A DNA stretch of 25,757 nucleotides from an uncultured Chloracidobacterium sp. (GCA_964568325.1 CAZMQR010000001.1:1-25757); one strand, 5' to 3'. Shown: positions 8,597 through 16,850, counted from the stretch's first letter. Translations and numbers: made by a program. The notes: generated from the sequence alone by a model not told the origin.

Positions 8597-9982
8597 CTAC
8601 TCGGCCGCTTTCGTGCTGGCACACGCGGCCGCGCTCACCTCGGTTTCGAGCCCGGCCTCTATCCACGCCGCCGTTCCGCCCGTGACGTTAAAGACCTTCT
8701 TAAAACCCGCATTTTCCAGAATACCGCAGCCGATCGACGATCGGTAGCCGCCCTGGCAGATCACGTAACTCGGTACTGCAGGATCAAGTTGATCGATCTC
8801 TGAGGCAAGTTTGTCGAGCGGGATATTTCGCGACCGATGTGCATGCCCCGCGTCGTGCTCCGCAGGCCGGCGAACATCGACAAGCTGCAGGTACTTCTCG
8901 GTCTTCGACAACTCGGCGACCTCGCCAACCGCTACCTGCTCGATCACTTTTCTCTCACCGGTGTAGTCGCCGATGAATTGATATCCGATGACTGTTTCAT
9001 GCCCTACGCGGGCCAGCCGCATTACAGCCTCATCGACCTGATCCGCACCGTTGGAAATGATCGCTATCGGCGTGCCGATCGGTATCAGAGTGCCCGACCA
9101 CGAGGCAAACTGCCCGCCAAGACCGATATTGATCGAATTCGGAACGTGCCCTGCTCCGTATTCAGTATTCGTGCGGATATCGATAACTACACCGTCAAAA
9201 GCAAACACTTCGTCCGTTGATAGGGCCGTAGGCCTTGCAAGCTCATCAAGCGCGGCCGCGCCCTCAAGGTTCTTTGCCGCACTTCGCGGAAAATACATCG
9301 GCACCTCAGGCTGGTCGGCCGCCACGAGCTTAACGAACTCATCCTTCGTCATTGGCTGCAATGCGTAATTGAATTTTCGCTGTTCGCCGAGCGTTGACCA
9401 GGTCTCTTTTGACAGAGACTTACCGCAAAGCGAACCGGCTCCGTGCGCGGGATAGACCTCAGTATCATCCGGCAGCGGCAGTATCTTTTCACGCAGGGAA
9501 TCGTAGAGCATCCCGCCCATCTGCTCGGCCGTAAACCCTTTAGACCCAATAAGGTCCGGGCGGCCGACATCTCCGATGAAAAGCGTATCGCCCGTGAATA
9601 TCCTGAGCGGCGAGCCGTCAGATTCCGCAATGATCGTGATGCCCTCAGGCGTGTGTCCGGGCGTTTCGAGAAATCTGAGCTTCACACGACCGACCGACAA
9701 CTCGTCGCCGTCGGTAACCTTGAGCGTGGGGAACTTTGTATTTGCACGCTGCCCGTAAACGATCTGTGCTCCGGTCTTAGCGGCTAGCTCAATGTGTCCG
9801 CTGACAAAGTCCGCGTGCGAGTGCGTTTCGATGACGTACTTGATCTTCTGCCCGTTGGCCTCAGCCTCGTCCAGATATTGCTGCACGTCACGCTGCGGAT
9901 CGATGATCGCCGCCTCGCCCTCAGAGCCGAGGTAATATGACGCATGAGACAAACAGCCTAAATAGAATTGCTTGAACTGCAT
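8597..9982 (-). CDS. MBL-fold persulfide dioxygenase-rhodanese fusion (CstB-like)
   Basis: ETHSHADF, TPGHTPE, FTGDTLFIGDVGRPDL, HGAGSLCG; a Cys-less rhodanese domain followed by a catalytic one (YVICQGGYRS); AAGGAG SD before ATG 9982. Confidence 0.88.
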   Translation of the reverse strand: MQFKQFYLGCLSHASYYLGSEGEAAIIDPQRDVQQYLDEAEANGQKIKYVIETHSHADFVSGHIELAAKTGAQIVYGQRANTKFPTLKVTDGDELSVGRVKLRFLETPGHTPEGITIIAESDGSPLRIFTGDTLFIGDVGRPDLIGSKGFTAEQMGGMLYDSLREKILPLPDDTEVYPAHGAGSLCGKSLSKETWSTLGEQRKFNYALQPMTKDEFVKLVAADQPEVPMYFPRSAAKNLEGAAALDELARPTALSTDEVFAFDGVVIDIRTNTEYGAGHVPNSINIGLGGQFASWSGTLIPIGTPIAIISNGADQVDEAVMRLARVGHETVIGYQFIGDYTGERKVIEQVAVGEVAELSKTEKYLQLVDVRRPAEHDAGHAHRSRNIPLDKLASEIDQLDPAVPSYVICQGGYRSSIGCGILENAGFKKVFNVTGGTAAWIEAGLETEVSAAACASTKAAE

Positions 9983-10034
9983 TTCTCCTTTCTCCGTATT
10001 TGTGAACATTTTATCAGTATCGAGTGAGCGGTGC

Positions 10035-10613
10035 TTATTTCTTCACTGCACGGTCACGCCGCCCCGCCCTCGTTGGCGGCAAGTCACAAGCTGCCGAGGC
10101 CTTGTTCCAAGGCATTCGTGCCAGCACCATCGCCATTCCGCACGTATCCGTAACGGCAGCGAACACAAGGCCCGCGCCGACAAAACCGCTGAGAATGAAG
10201 AAATACGGCGTAACTGCAAACCCCACGACAATGCCGATCACGACGAGCAGGCCCGCCGCGAAGCGCACTTGACGCTCGAGCGACCAGACCTTCGATTCGC
10301 CTACGACAATAGGCAGGGCGGCGCCCGCCCACGCGGCCATTCCTCCCTTGATCACATGGATGTCGGTGAAACCCTTGGCCGACAGTTTTTCAGCAGCCTG
10401 TCGTGCGCGGTTTCCCGAGCGGCACATCAGATATACCGGTTTTGAATGATCGATATCGGCCGCGTGTTTCTCAAAATTGGACAACGGCATCAACTGCGCG
10501 TCTGCTATACGCTCGCTGTTGAACTCGGAATATTCCCGCACGTCGATCACCTGACACTCACCGCCAGTTTCGAGCATCTCATTGATCTCGTGCACAGTTG
10601 CTAGTTTGATCAT
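10035..10613 (-). CDS. rhodanese plus DUF2892 membrane protein (YgaP-like)
   Basis: IDVREYSEF and YLMCRSGNRA; C-terminal WSLERQVR...TDTCGM...MPWN two-helix membrane domain. Confidence 0.9.
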   Translation of the reverse strand: MIKLATVHEINEMLETGGECQVIDVREYSEFNSERIADAQLMPLSNFEKHAADIDHSKPVYLMCRSGNRARQAAEKLSAKGFTDIHVIKGGMAAWAGAALPIVVGESKVWSLERQVRFAAGLLVVIGIVVGFAVTPYFFILSGFVGAGLVFAAVTDTCGMAMVLARMPWNKASAACDLPPTRAGRRDRAVKK

Positions 10614-10641
10614 CGCTCTTGATTTCTCTCCTATTGGTCTA

Positions 10642-10684
10642 ATATACTCAACTCGGATATGAGTATATAACTATATCGTTATAT
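10642..10684. promoter_or_regulatory. two overlapping inverted repeats, putative ArsR-family operators
   Basis: ATATACTCA-N9-TGAGTATAT (10642-10668) and the near-perfect 20-bp palindrome ATATAACTATATCGTTATAT (10665-10684). Confidence 0.65.
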
Positions 10685-10690
10685 TATCAA
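10662..10690 (-). promoter_or_regulatory. sigma70-type promoter of the leftward operon
   Basis: Minus strand TTGATA (10690-10685), 17-nt spacer, TATACT (10667-10662). Confidence 0.75.
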
Positions 10691-10697
10691 GCGTGTA

Positions 10698-11021
10698 ATG
10701 AAAAAGACTATGTCACCTGAGGTAGTCGGCTTAGTCGCCCAGCGGTTCAAAGTGCTGTCAGAACCGCTCAGGTTGCAGATACTGCAGCGTCTGGAAAGAG
10801 GTGAATCGAGCGTCTCGGACATCACCCACGCAGTGGCCTCGACCCAACCTAACGTGAGCAAGCATCTGCGGATCCTGCAAGACGGCGGCCTTGTCGCTCG
10901 CCGTCAGGATGGCAATACGGTTTACTATCGTATCGCCGATGACTCGGTCTTTGAACTCTGTCAGGTTGTCTGCGGGAGTTTGCAAGAGAAGTTTGTTCGG
11001 CAACGATCGATTTTTGCATGA
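10698..11021 (+). CDS. ArsR/SmtB-family transcriptional regulator
   Basis: LSEPLRLQIL, STQPNVSKHLRILQDGGLV and GNTVYYRI winged HTH; the only Cys are C88 and C92. Confidence 0.93.
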   Translation: MKKTMSPEVVGLVAQRFKVLSEPLRLQILQRLERGESSVSDITHAVASTQPNVSKHLRILQDGGLVARRQDGNTVYYRIADDSVFELCQVVCGSLQEKFVRQRSIFA

Positions 11022-11732
11022 TCAAGCCGTAGGCCGAAGGTACCTGACGACAAATCTCGGCGGCTCATCCTCATTCTCCGGCGGCATTTCGACAAAGCCG
11101 GTCTCAACAAGGCCGTTTTCACTAAACCGAGAAAGGTCGCGCCGCGAGCACGGCCACGGCACGGTATTAGGTTCCTCGTCGTCACCTCTCCCGCGCGTGA
11201 CGACGACGAGCTCGCCACCCTCGGCGACAAATGCGGCGATCGAATCGATCACCCGCGGACGCATCTCAAGCGGCAGCGGCTGTATCGTGTAGATCTCCAA
11301 TACAAAGTCAAAAGCTCCGAGCCAGCCAGGAGCGGGCTGAAACAGGTCAGCGGCCTCGAATTGAATGTCCGTATCGCCGTAGAGCTTCTTTGCCCACTCG
11401 ATCGCGGTCGGCGAGAGGTCAAACGCCGTTACCTTAAATCCGAGGTCGTGCAGATACTTAGCATCGTCGCCAAGCCCGCAGCCCACCACGAGCGCGGTTC
11501 GCCCATCGCCTTTCAGCCTGTTTGCTTCCGCCCACTTGTGAAAGTAACTGTTCGGCTCAAGGTCGGCCCACGGTATGACCTCGTTGTCGCCCGCGGCCTC
11601 CCTGTATAGCGCGTCGAACCAGCCCATGACATCGCCCCGCGCCGCAAATTCCTCCTGCAGTTCGCGGACACGCTCGCGTCGTCGTTCAAGGTCAGCATTC
11701 ATATCAGGTGATGAGGGCATCGGCAGCTCCAC
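11022..11732 (-). CDS. class I SAM methyltransferase (thiopurine/thiol MTase-like)
   Basis: ALVVGCGLGDDA, VTAFDLSPTAI, IPWAD; the true start may be ATG 11720 (GGAG SD). Confidence 0.85.
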   Translation of the reverse strand: MELPMPSSPDMNADLERRRERVRELQEEFAARGDVMGWFDALYREAAGDNEVIPWADLEPNSYFHKWAEANRLKGDGRTALVVGCGLGDDAKYLHDLGFKVTAFDLSPTAIEWAKKLYGDTDIQFEAADLFQPAPGWLGAFDFVLEIYTIQPLPLEMRPRVIDSIAAFVAEGGELVVVTRGRGDDEEPNTVPWPCSRRDLSRFSENGLVETGFVEMPPENEDEPPRFVVRYLRPTA

Positions 11733-11787
11733 TTCCTAGTTTACCCAAACACCGGCCGTCAAACTAGCACACGGTTGCCGGAAGACC

Positions 11788-11793
11788 TATAAT
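11788..11793 (+). promoter_or_regulatory. putative -10 element of lpdA
   Basis: Consensus TATAAT 42 nt upstream of the TTG start; weak -35. Confidence 0.5.
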
Positions 11794-11835
11794 GGTTAAT
11801 TCGCAATTTGACTTTATTTACTGAGGTTTATCGCT

Positions 11836-13245
11836 TTGGCAGAACAATTTGACGTAACTATCATCGGCTCGGGGCCTGGCGGCTATGTTGCCGCGGTGCG
11901 TGCCGGACAGCTTGGATTAAAGGTCGCTCTGATCGAGAAAGAAAAGGACGCACGGCTGGGCGGCACTTGCGGCCTGCGGGGCTGTATACCGACAAAGGCA
12001 CTGCTGAATGCCGCTCATCTGTATCAGAAAGCAGGACATTTTGAGCAGTTTGGGCTAAAGGTCGATGGCCTGTCGTTCGATTTTCCGTCGATCCAGAAAT
12101 ACAAATCCGACGTCGTGGCAAAAAACTCAGCCGGGGTGACCTATCTGATGAAAAAGAACAAGGTCACGGTCTATAACGGCTTCGGGAAGATTCTCGACAA
12201 AGGCAAAGTCGAGGTCGCACTCGCCGACGGCAAGAAGCAGACGATCGAGACAAAGAACATTATCATCGCCACCGGCTCGGTCGTCCGGCCGATCCCCGGC
12301 TTTGAGACCGACGGCAAGACGGTCGTCAATTCCGATCACATCCTGGAACTGCAAAAGGTGCCGAAATCGCTGATCGTCATGGGCAGCGGCGCGGTCGGTT
12401 CGGAGTTCGCGAGTGTTTACAGCCGGTTTGGCTGCGACACGACGCTCGTCGAGCTGCTTGATCGTATTGTCCCGCTCGAAGACGCGGATTGTTCAAAAGA
12501 ACTCGCACGTGCATTCAAGAAGCAGGGTATCAAGGTCGAGACCGGCCTTAAGCTCGACAAGTTGGAAAAAACGAAGTCGGGCGTCAAAGTCTCGGGCAAG
12601 AACGCCAAAGGCGACACCGTCATGCTCGAAGCTGAGATGCTGCTCGTCGCCGTCGGCCGCATGGCATATCTCGAAGGCCTCGGCCTTGAAAAAACAAAAG
12701 TAAAGGTCTCGGACCGCGGCACAGTCGAGGTCAATGAATACTGCGAGACCGCCGAGCCCGGCATCTATGCCATCGGCGACGTTATCCCGACCGCACAACT
12801 CGCCCACCTCGCCTCGAAAGAAGGCATTATGGTCGTCGAAAAGATCGCAGGCAAAAATGTGGAGCCGATCAAGCACAACCTCGTCCCGAACTGCACCTAC
12901 TGCGACCCCGAAGTCGCCAGCGTCGGCCTGACCGAAGAGAAAGCAAAGGCCGCAGGTTATGACGTGAAGGTCGGTAAATTCCCGTTCTCAGCCTCTGGCA
13001 AAGCACGCATCCTCGGCGAGACCGACGGCTTTGTAAAGATCGTCGCCGAAAAGAAATACGATGAGGTTCTCGGCGTCCACATCATCGGCCCGCACGCCAC
13101 GGAACTCCTCGCCGAAGCCTGCGTCGGCATGGCCCTCGAAACCACTGCCGACGAACTAGGCCGCATAATGCACGCCCACCCAACCGTGAGCGAATCCGTC
13201 ATGGAAGCCGCCGAAGGTGTGCATGATCTGACGATTCATATGTAA
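11836..13245 (+). CDS. lpdA: dihydrolipoyl dehydrogenase (E3)
   Basis: GSGPGG, redox GGTCGLRGCIPTK, GSGAVGSE, HAHPTVSE; TTG start after a GAGG SD. Confidence 0.96.
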   Translation: MAEQFDVTIIGSGPGGYVAAVRAGQLGLKVALIEKEKDARLGGTCGLRGCIPTKALLNAAHLYQKAGHFEQFGLKVDGLSFDFPSIQKYKSDVVAKNSAGVTYLMKKNKVTVYNGFGKILDKGKVEVALADGKKQTIETKNIIIATGSVVRPIPGFETDGKTVVNSDHILELQKVPKSLIVMGSGAVGSEFASVYSRFGCDTTLVELLDRIVPLEDADCSKELARAFKKQGIKVETGLKLDKLEKTKSGVKVSGKNAKGDTVMLEAEMLLVAVGRMAYLEGLGLEKTKVKVSDRGTVEVNEYCETAEPGIYAIGDVIPTAQLAHLASKEGIMVVEKIAGKNVEPIKHNLVPNCTYCDPEVASVGLTEEKAKAAGYDVKVGKFPFSASGKARILGETDGFVKIVAEKKYDEVLGVHIIGPHATELLAEACVGMALETTADELGRIMHAHPTVSESVMEAAEGVHDLTIHM

Positions 13246-13270
13246 AGTATCCTTTTGACGATTCTGTTCT

Positions 13271-13873
13271 ATGGAAACCAGACACCAAGTTCCGAAGTTC
13301 TGTTGGTTTAACTTGATGTTCTTGCAGGACTGTCAGACCCATCTCGATTCAAACTCAGGGAAGAAGATTGCTGACATCTATGCCGAATTTTGTAATAAGC
13401 ATGGACTGGATGGCGACGCGTCGTATTCATATCCGCTCATTAACCAGGGCCTGGTACTGACTGCACTATATGGCTTGCTAGTATATCCCCAGGAGTTGTG
13501 GGAGAAAGACAAGGAAATGGGGACGAACTTTGCTTTTTTCTCGAGGCGCGTTTTCAATTTCAGCGATTTGGTTGAACATCCAAAGTCGATCTGGTCTGAA
13601 GAACAATTTCGCAGTTTGGTCACTTACGATTTCATTAGACGGATTCGACATTCTATCGCGCACGCAAATGTTTCGATTGGTACTGATAGTCAGCGATATC
13701 TTTTTTGGAATCTGAACAGAAGAGATGAAAAGGACTTTGAGGTCAGCGCAAGTCATCAGGAAATTGGTGGTTTCATTACGGAAATTGCCAAGTATTTTAC
13801 AAACGAAGTTAGTTCAACATCTTCCTCGAAGACCGATATATCACTCATTCCTTACTTAGGTCCGATCAGTTGA
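13271..13873 (+). CDS. HEPN-domain protein (pEK499_p136-like), putative RNase
   Basis: RHSIAH fits the HEPN Rx4H motif; N-terminal LTALYGLLVYPQE helix is typical of that subfamily; GC is lower than the flanks. Confidence 0.7.
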   Translation: METRHQVPKFCWFNLMFLQDCQTHLDSNSGKKIADIYAEFCNKHGLDGDASYSYPLINQGLVLTALYGLLVYPQELWEKDKEMGTNFAFFSRRVFNFSDLVEHPKSIWSEEQFRSLVTYDFIRRIRHSIAHANVSIGTDSQRYLFWNLNRRDEKDFEVSASHQEIGGFITEIAKYFTNEVSSTSSSKTDISLIPYLGPIS

Positions 13874-13938
13874 TGACTAACCGACTGGTAGGAGTTCAAC
13901 TTCCTATCCGCGGAGACATGAATAACTTTTGTCTTCGG

Positions 13939-13965
13939 CCTCTGCGTTCTCCGCGATCTCTGCGG
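13939..13965. repeat. three tandem imperfect 9-bp repeats (REP-like)
   Basis: CCTCTGCGT / TCTCCGCGA / TCTCTGCGG; an inverted related copy CCGCGGAGA lies at 13908-13916. Confidence 0.65.
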
Positions 13966-13978
13966 TTAAAATAGGGCT

Positions 13979-14983
13979 ATGCGGACTCTACTATGCGTGA
14001 TCGTGCTCGTGGCTGTACAATCGCTTGCGGCCCAGTGGGTAAAGCAGAACGTCGATACTACCGCGAGCCTTCGCGGGCTGTCGGTCGTGAGTGAAAAGGT
14101 CGTCTGGGCGAGCGGCACGGGCGGGACGGTGATCCGCACCATCGACGGCGGCAAGACTTGGAATGTAATGACTGTCCCGGGCGCCAAGCAGCTCGACTTT
14201 CGAGATGTCGAGGCGTTTGGTTCCGAAACAGCTTATGTTCTCAGTATCGGGAACGACCGCAACTCGAGGATCTTTAAGACCCTCGACGGCGGAGCGACCT
14301 GGAAGCAGCAGTTCATGAGCATGAACATTCTCACCTTCTACGACGCTATCGCCTGTTGGGACGAGATGAATTGCATTGCGATGTCGGATCCGGTGCATGG
14401 TAAATTTTTGCTTACCGGCACAACGGACGGGGGCACATCATAGAAACAGATCGACAACGCAGAAATGCCGCCGGCCACGATGAGCGAATCCGCGTTTGCC
14501 GCTAGCGGCACCTGCCTGATCGCGCACGGCAAGGACGGCCTGTTCCTCGTGACCGGCGGCGGTAATTCGCGCGTGTTTCGATCAGTTGATCGCGGGCGCA
14601 CTTGGACGGTTGTGGCGACTCCGCTCGTCAAGGGCCGCCCTGGCACGGGCATATTTTCCATTGCAATGTCCGACGCAAGAACAGGAGTGATCGTTGGCGG
14701 CGATTACGAAAAACCGACCGAAACGGCCGGCTCACTGGCCTTCACCAGCGATGCAGGTAAGGCATGGAAAGCCGGAACCGGCCTCACGGGATACCGATCT
14801 GGAGTCGCATACGTTGACCGCAAGACGATCATCGCGGTCGGCACGAGCGGCTCGGATATCTCACGAAACGGCGGAAAGAAATGGAAACCCCTCGGAACTG
14901 AGGACCTGAATTCTGTGCAATCCCGCGGCCCACAGGCGACTTGGGCCGTCGGGCCAAAGGGCCTCGTCGCCAAGCTCAAGTGA
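13979..14983 (+). pseudogene. secreted BNR/Asp-box beta-propeller (Ycf48/WD40-YVTN-like) interrupted by an in-frame TAG
   Basis: ORFs 13979-14443 and 14465-14983 are in the same frame; the TAG at 14441-14443 sits at the invariant Trp of an Asp-box. Confidence 0.8.
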
Positions 14984-15234
14984 GTTTCGCCTGGTACGAC
15001 ATCCTCGGCACGGTTGGCGTCGCGGTCATTGTCGCCGCATATTTCCTGCTCCAGACGGGACGGCTGCGGAGTGGGCAGTTGGCGTATTCGGTGATGAACG
15101 GCGTCGGGGCGGTGCTGATACTCATCTCGCTCTACTACGCATTTAACTTCCCGTCGCTTGTAGTAGAATTCTTCTGGCTGTTGATCAGTTTGTACGGTAT
15201 CGGGCGGTACTTTTCGCACAGGCGGAGCCGCTAG
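14980..15234 (+). CDS. small membrane protein (CBU_0592-like)
   Basis: GTG overlaps the upstream TGA; hydrophobic helices with AYFLLQ, YSVMNGVGA and EFFWLLISLYG. Confidence 0.8.
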   Translation: MSFAWYDILGTVGVAVIVAAYFLLQTGRLRSGQLAYSVMNGVGAVLILISLYYAFNFPSLVVEFFWLLISLYGIGRYFSHRRSR

Positions 15235-15276
15235 ATTCACCTAAAGCGCAGGCTGGCAGCCTGCGGTCTGACGATA

Positions 15277-15711
15277 ATGCAGAGTTTTACGACCGTTCCA
15301 TTCAAGGCTGAGAGCGAGCACGGCATAACCCATGCGCACGGCATGGCAAAGTTTTCGAGCGCCGGGATCGTGCTTGAATTCGAGGCTAAGATACTTGGAC
15401 TGCTCTCGCAGGGCATCAAAGAGATTCGTCTGCCGATCGGTGAACTCCTCGACGTAACATTCAAGAAAGGCCTGTGGCGAAGGAGCTCGAAAATAATCAT
15501 CCGCCTGAGGTCGATCACTAAACTGGCGGACCTGCCAAACAAAGGTGGCAAGATCATCCTAAAGATCGCGAAAGACGATTTCGAACGCGCCCGCGACGCC
15601 GTCGAGCGCTTGCAAAAGGAGATGTCAGAGCCGCCTGAGCTTCAGGCAAGCCTGCCAAGATCGCTGTTCGACAACAGCGAGGACGAAACGCAGGAGTTGC
15701 AGGATGGATGA
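15277..15711 (+). CDS. hypothetical protein
   Basis: 144-aa ORF that reads as a plausible soluble protein; its stop overlaps the next start. Confidence 0.75.
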   Translation: MQSFTTVPFKAESEHGITHAHGMAKFSSAGIVLEFEAKILGLLSQGIKEIRLPIGELLDVTFKKGLWRRSSKIIIRLRSITKLADLPNKGGKIILKIAKDDFERARDAVERLQKEMSEPPELQASLPRSLFDNSEDETQELQDG

Positions 15712-15988
15712 GTTATTCGAATGGGGTCCGGTAAAAGCTGAATCCAATCTTGCGAAGCATGAAGTTTCATTTGAAGAGGCGCAAACGATCTTCTTCGACA
15801 CTCACTCGCTCGCTGTCCCAGATCCCACGCATTCGGTCGATGAACAACGCTTCATCATCACGGGATATTCGATCCTGGGTCGGCAATTAGTTGTCGTCCA
15901 CACTGACAGAGATGGTAAAATCAGGATCATCAGCGCAAGGCTGGCGAACCGCCGAGAGAGACAGGTATATGAGCAAGAAAAACGATAA
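15704..15988 (+). CDS. brnT: BrnT-family toxin (DUF497)
   Basis: FEWxxxKAESNLAKHxVSFEEA and IRIISARxAxRRERxxYE. Confidence 0.88.
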   Translation: MDELFEWGPVKAESNLAKHEVSFEEAQTIFFDTHSLAVPDPTHSVDEQRFIITGYSILGRQLVVVHTDRDGKIRIISARLANRRERQVYEQEKR

Positions 15989-16190
15989 CAGCGACGATAT
16001 GTTGGATCACTACGACTTCTCTGGTGGTGTTCGGGGTAAGTATGTCGACCGCGTCAGGGAAAGCGGGCAGATCGTCCTTCTGGAACCTGACGTCGCTGAG
16101 GTATTTACCGACTCTGACGCCGTTAACGTAGCTCTGCGCGGTCTCCTGCCGGTCATTCAAAACCAGGTCGAGAGATCGCACCAACATTAA
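15969..16190 (+). CDS. putative cognate antitoxin (BrnA-like)
   Basis: Overlaps the toxin 3' end; YDFSGGVRGKY and LEPDVAEVFTDSDAVNVALR. Confidence 0.8.
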   Translation: MSKKNDNSDDMLDHYDFSGGVRGKYVDRVRESGQIVLLEPDVAEVFTDSDAVNVALRGLLPVIQNQVERSHQH

Positions 16191-16207
16191 ACCTCAAGGG
16201 TGAAAGA

Positions 16208-16483
16208 ATGCCAAAATACGTAATCGAACGCGATATTCCCGGCGTCGGCGATTCACCGGCCGACGCCCTGCAGGCGGTCTCGCAGACATCTTGCAACGTG
16301 CTCCGCGAGCTTGGGCCCGAGATACAGTGGGTCCAGAGCTATGTGACCCACGACAAGATCTACTGTGTCTATATCGCCCCGAATGAGGACATTATTCGCG
16401 AGCACGCGACCCGCGGCGGATTCCCCGCGAACGCCATCAACGAGGTCAAGACCGTGATCGACCCGACAACGGCCGAGGCCTGA
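16208..16483 (+). CDS. DUF4242 domain protein
   Basis: MPKYVIERDIPG...WVQSYV...KIYCVYIAPNED.IREHA.RGGFPA. Confidence 0.85.
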   Translation: MPKYVIERDIPGVGDSPADALQAVSQTSCNVLRELGPEIQWVQSYVTHDKIYCVYIAPNEDIIREHATRGGFPANAINEVKTVIDPTTAEA

Positions 16484-16695
16484 TGCCGACCGGCCCAAAA
16501 CCACCGACGATGTCCCCGGCCCACATCCAGCGGGTGGCATTCATTGCCATTCTCTCTTTCCTGTTCTTTCTCGGGATGATGTTTGTCTACTACCTGCGTG
16601 GCTCGCTCCTCTATTTCCTACTCGCGACCGCATTTTTGGTCGTGTACGTGATCACGATGATCTCGTTCGTAAAATTGCGAAAGGGTCGCGGTTAG
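16483..16695 (+). CDS. small hypothetical membrane protein (2 TM helices)
   Basis: TGATG stop-start overlap; two hydrophobic segments. Confidence 0.7.
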   Translation: MPTGPKPPTMSPAHIQRVAFIAILSFLFFLGMMFVYYLRGSLLYFLLATAFLVVYVITMISFVKLRKGRG

Positions 16696-16761
16696 TGCGC
16701 TGATTGGATCGCAACAACACAAATGACCAAACTTGGCCTCAAACCAGATAGTAAGAAATGC

Positions 16762-16790
16762 TTGACAAATCGTTGATATTGTGATACGTT
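16762..16790 (+). promoter_or_regulatory. near-consensus sigma70 promoter with extended -10
   Basis: TTGACA (16762-16767), 17 nt, TACGTT (16785-16790) preceded by TGn. Confidence 0.7.
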
Positions 16791-16850
16791 GTTTCAGTGT
16801 CGCAACCCATAAAGCTCCCGTCTGAGCCGCCAAGATCCTTTTACCAGATT

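Noticed and set aside
11019-11021. Sec read-through at other TGA stops (arsR, rhodanese lipoprotein, DUF7009-like gene)
   Set aside because: Each follows an apparently complete domain and runs into an adjacent gene, with no redox-Cys context.
14441-14443. Pyrrolysine or programmed amber read-through
   Set aside because: The position demands Trp, no pyl genes are in the window, and TAG is used as an ordinary stop by several other genes here.
15704-16190. Toxin-antitoxin pair as a novel system
   Set aside because: It matches the well-known BrnT-type arrangement; listed as features only.
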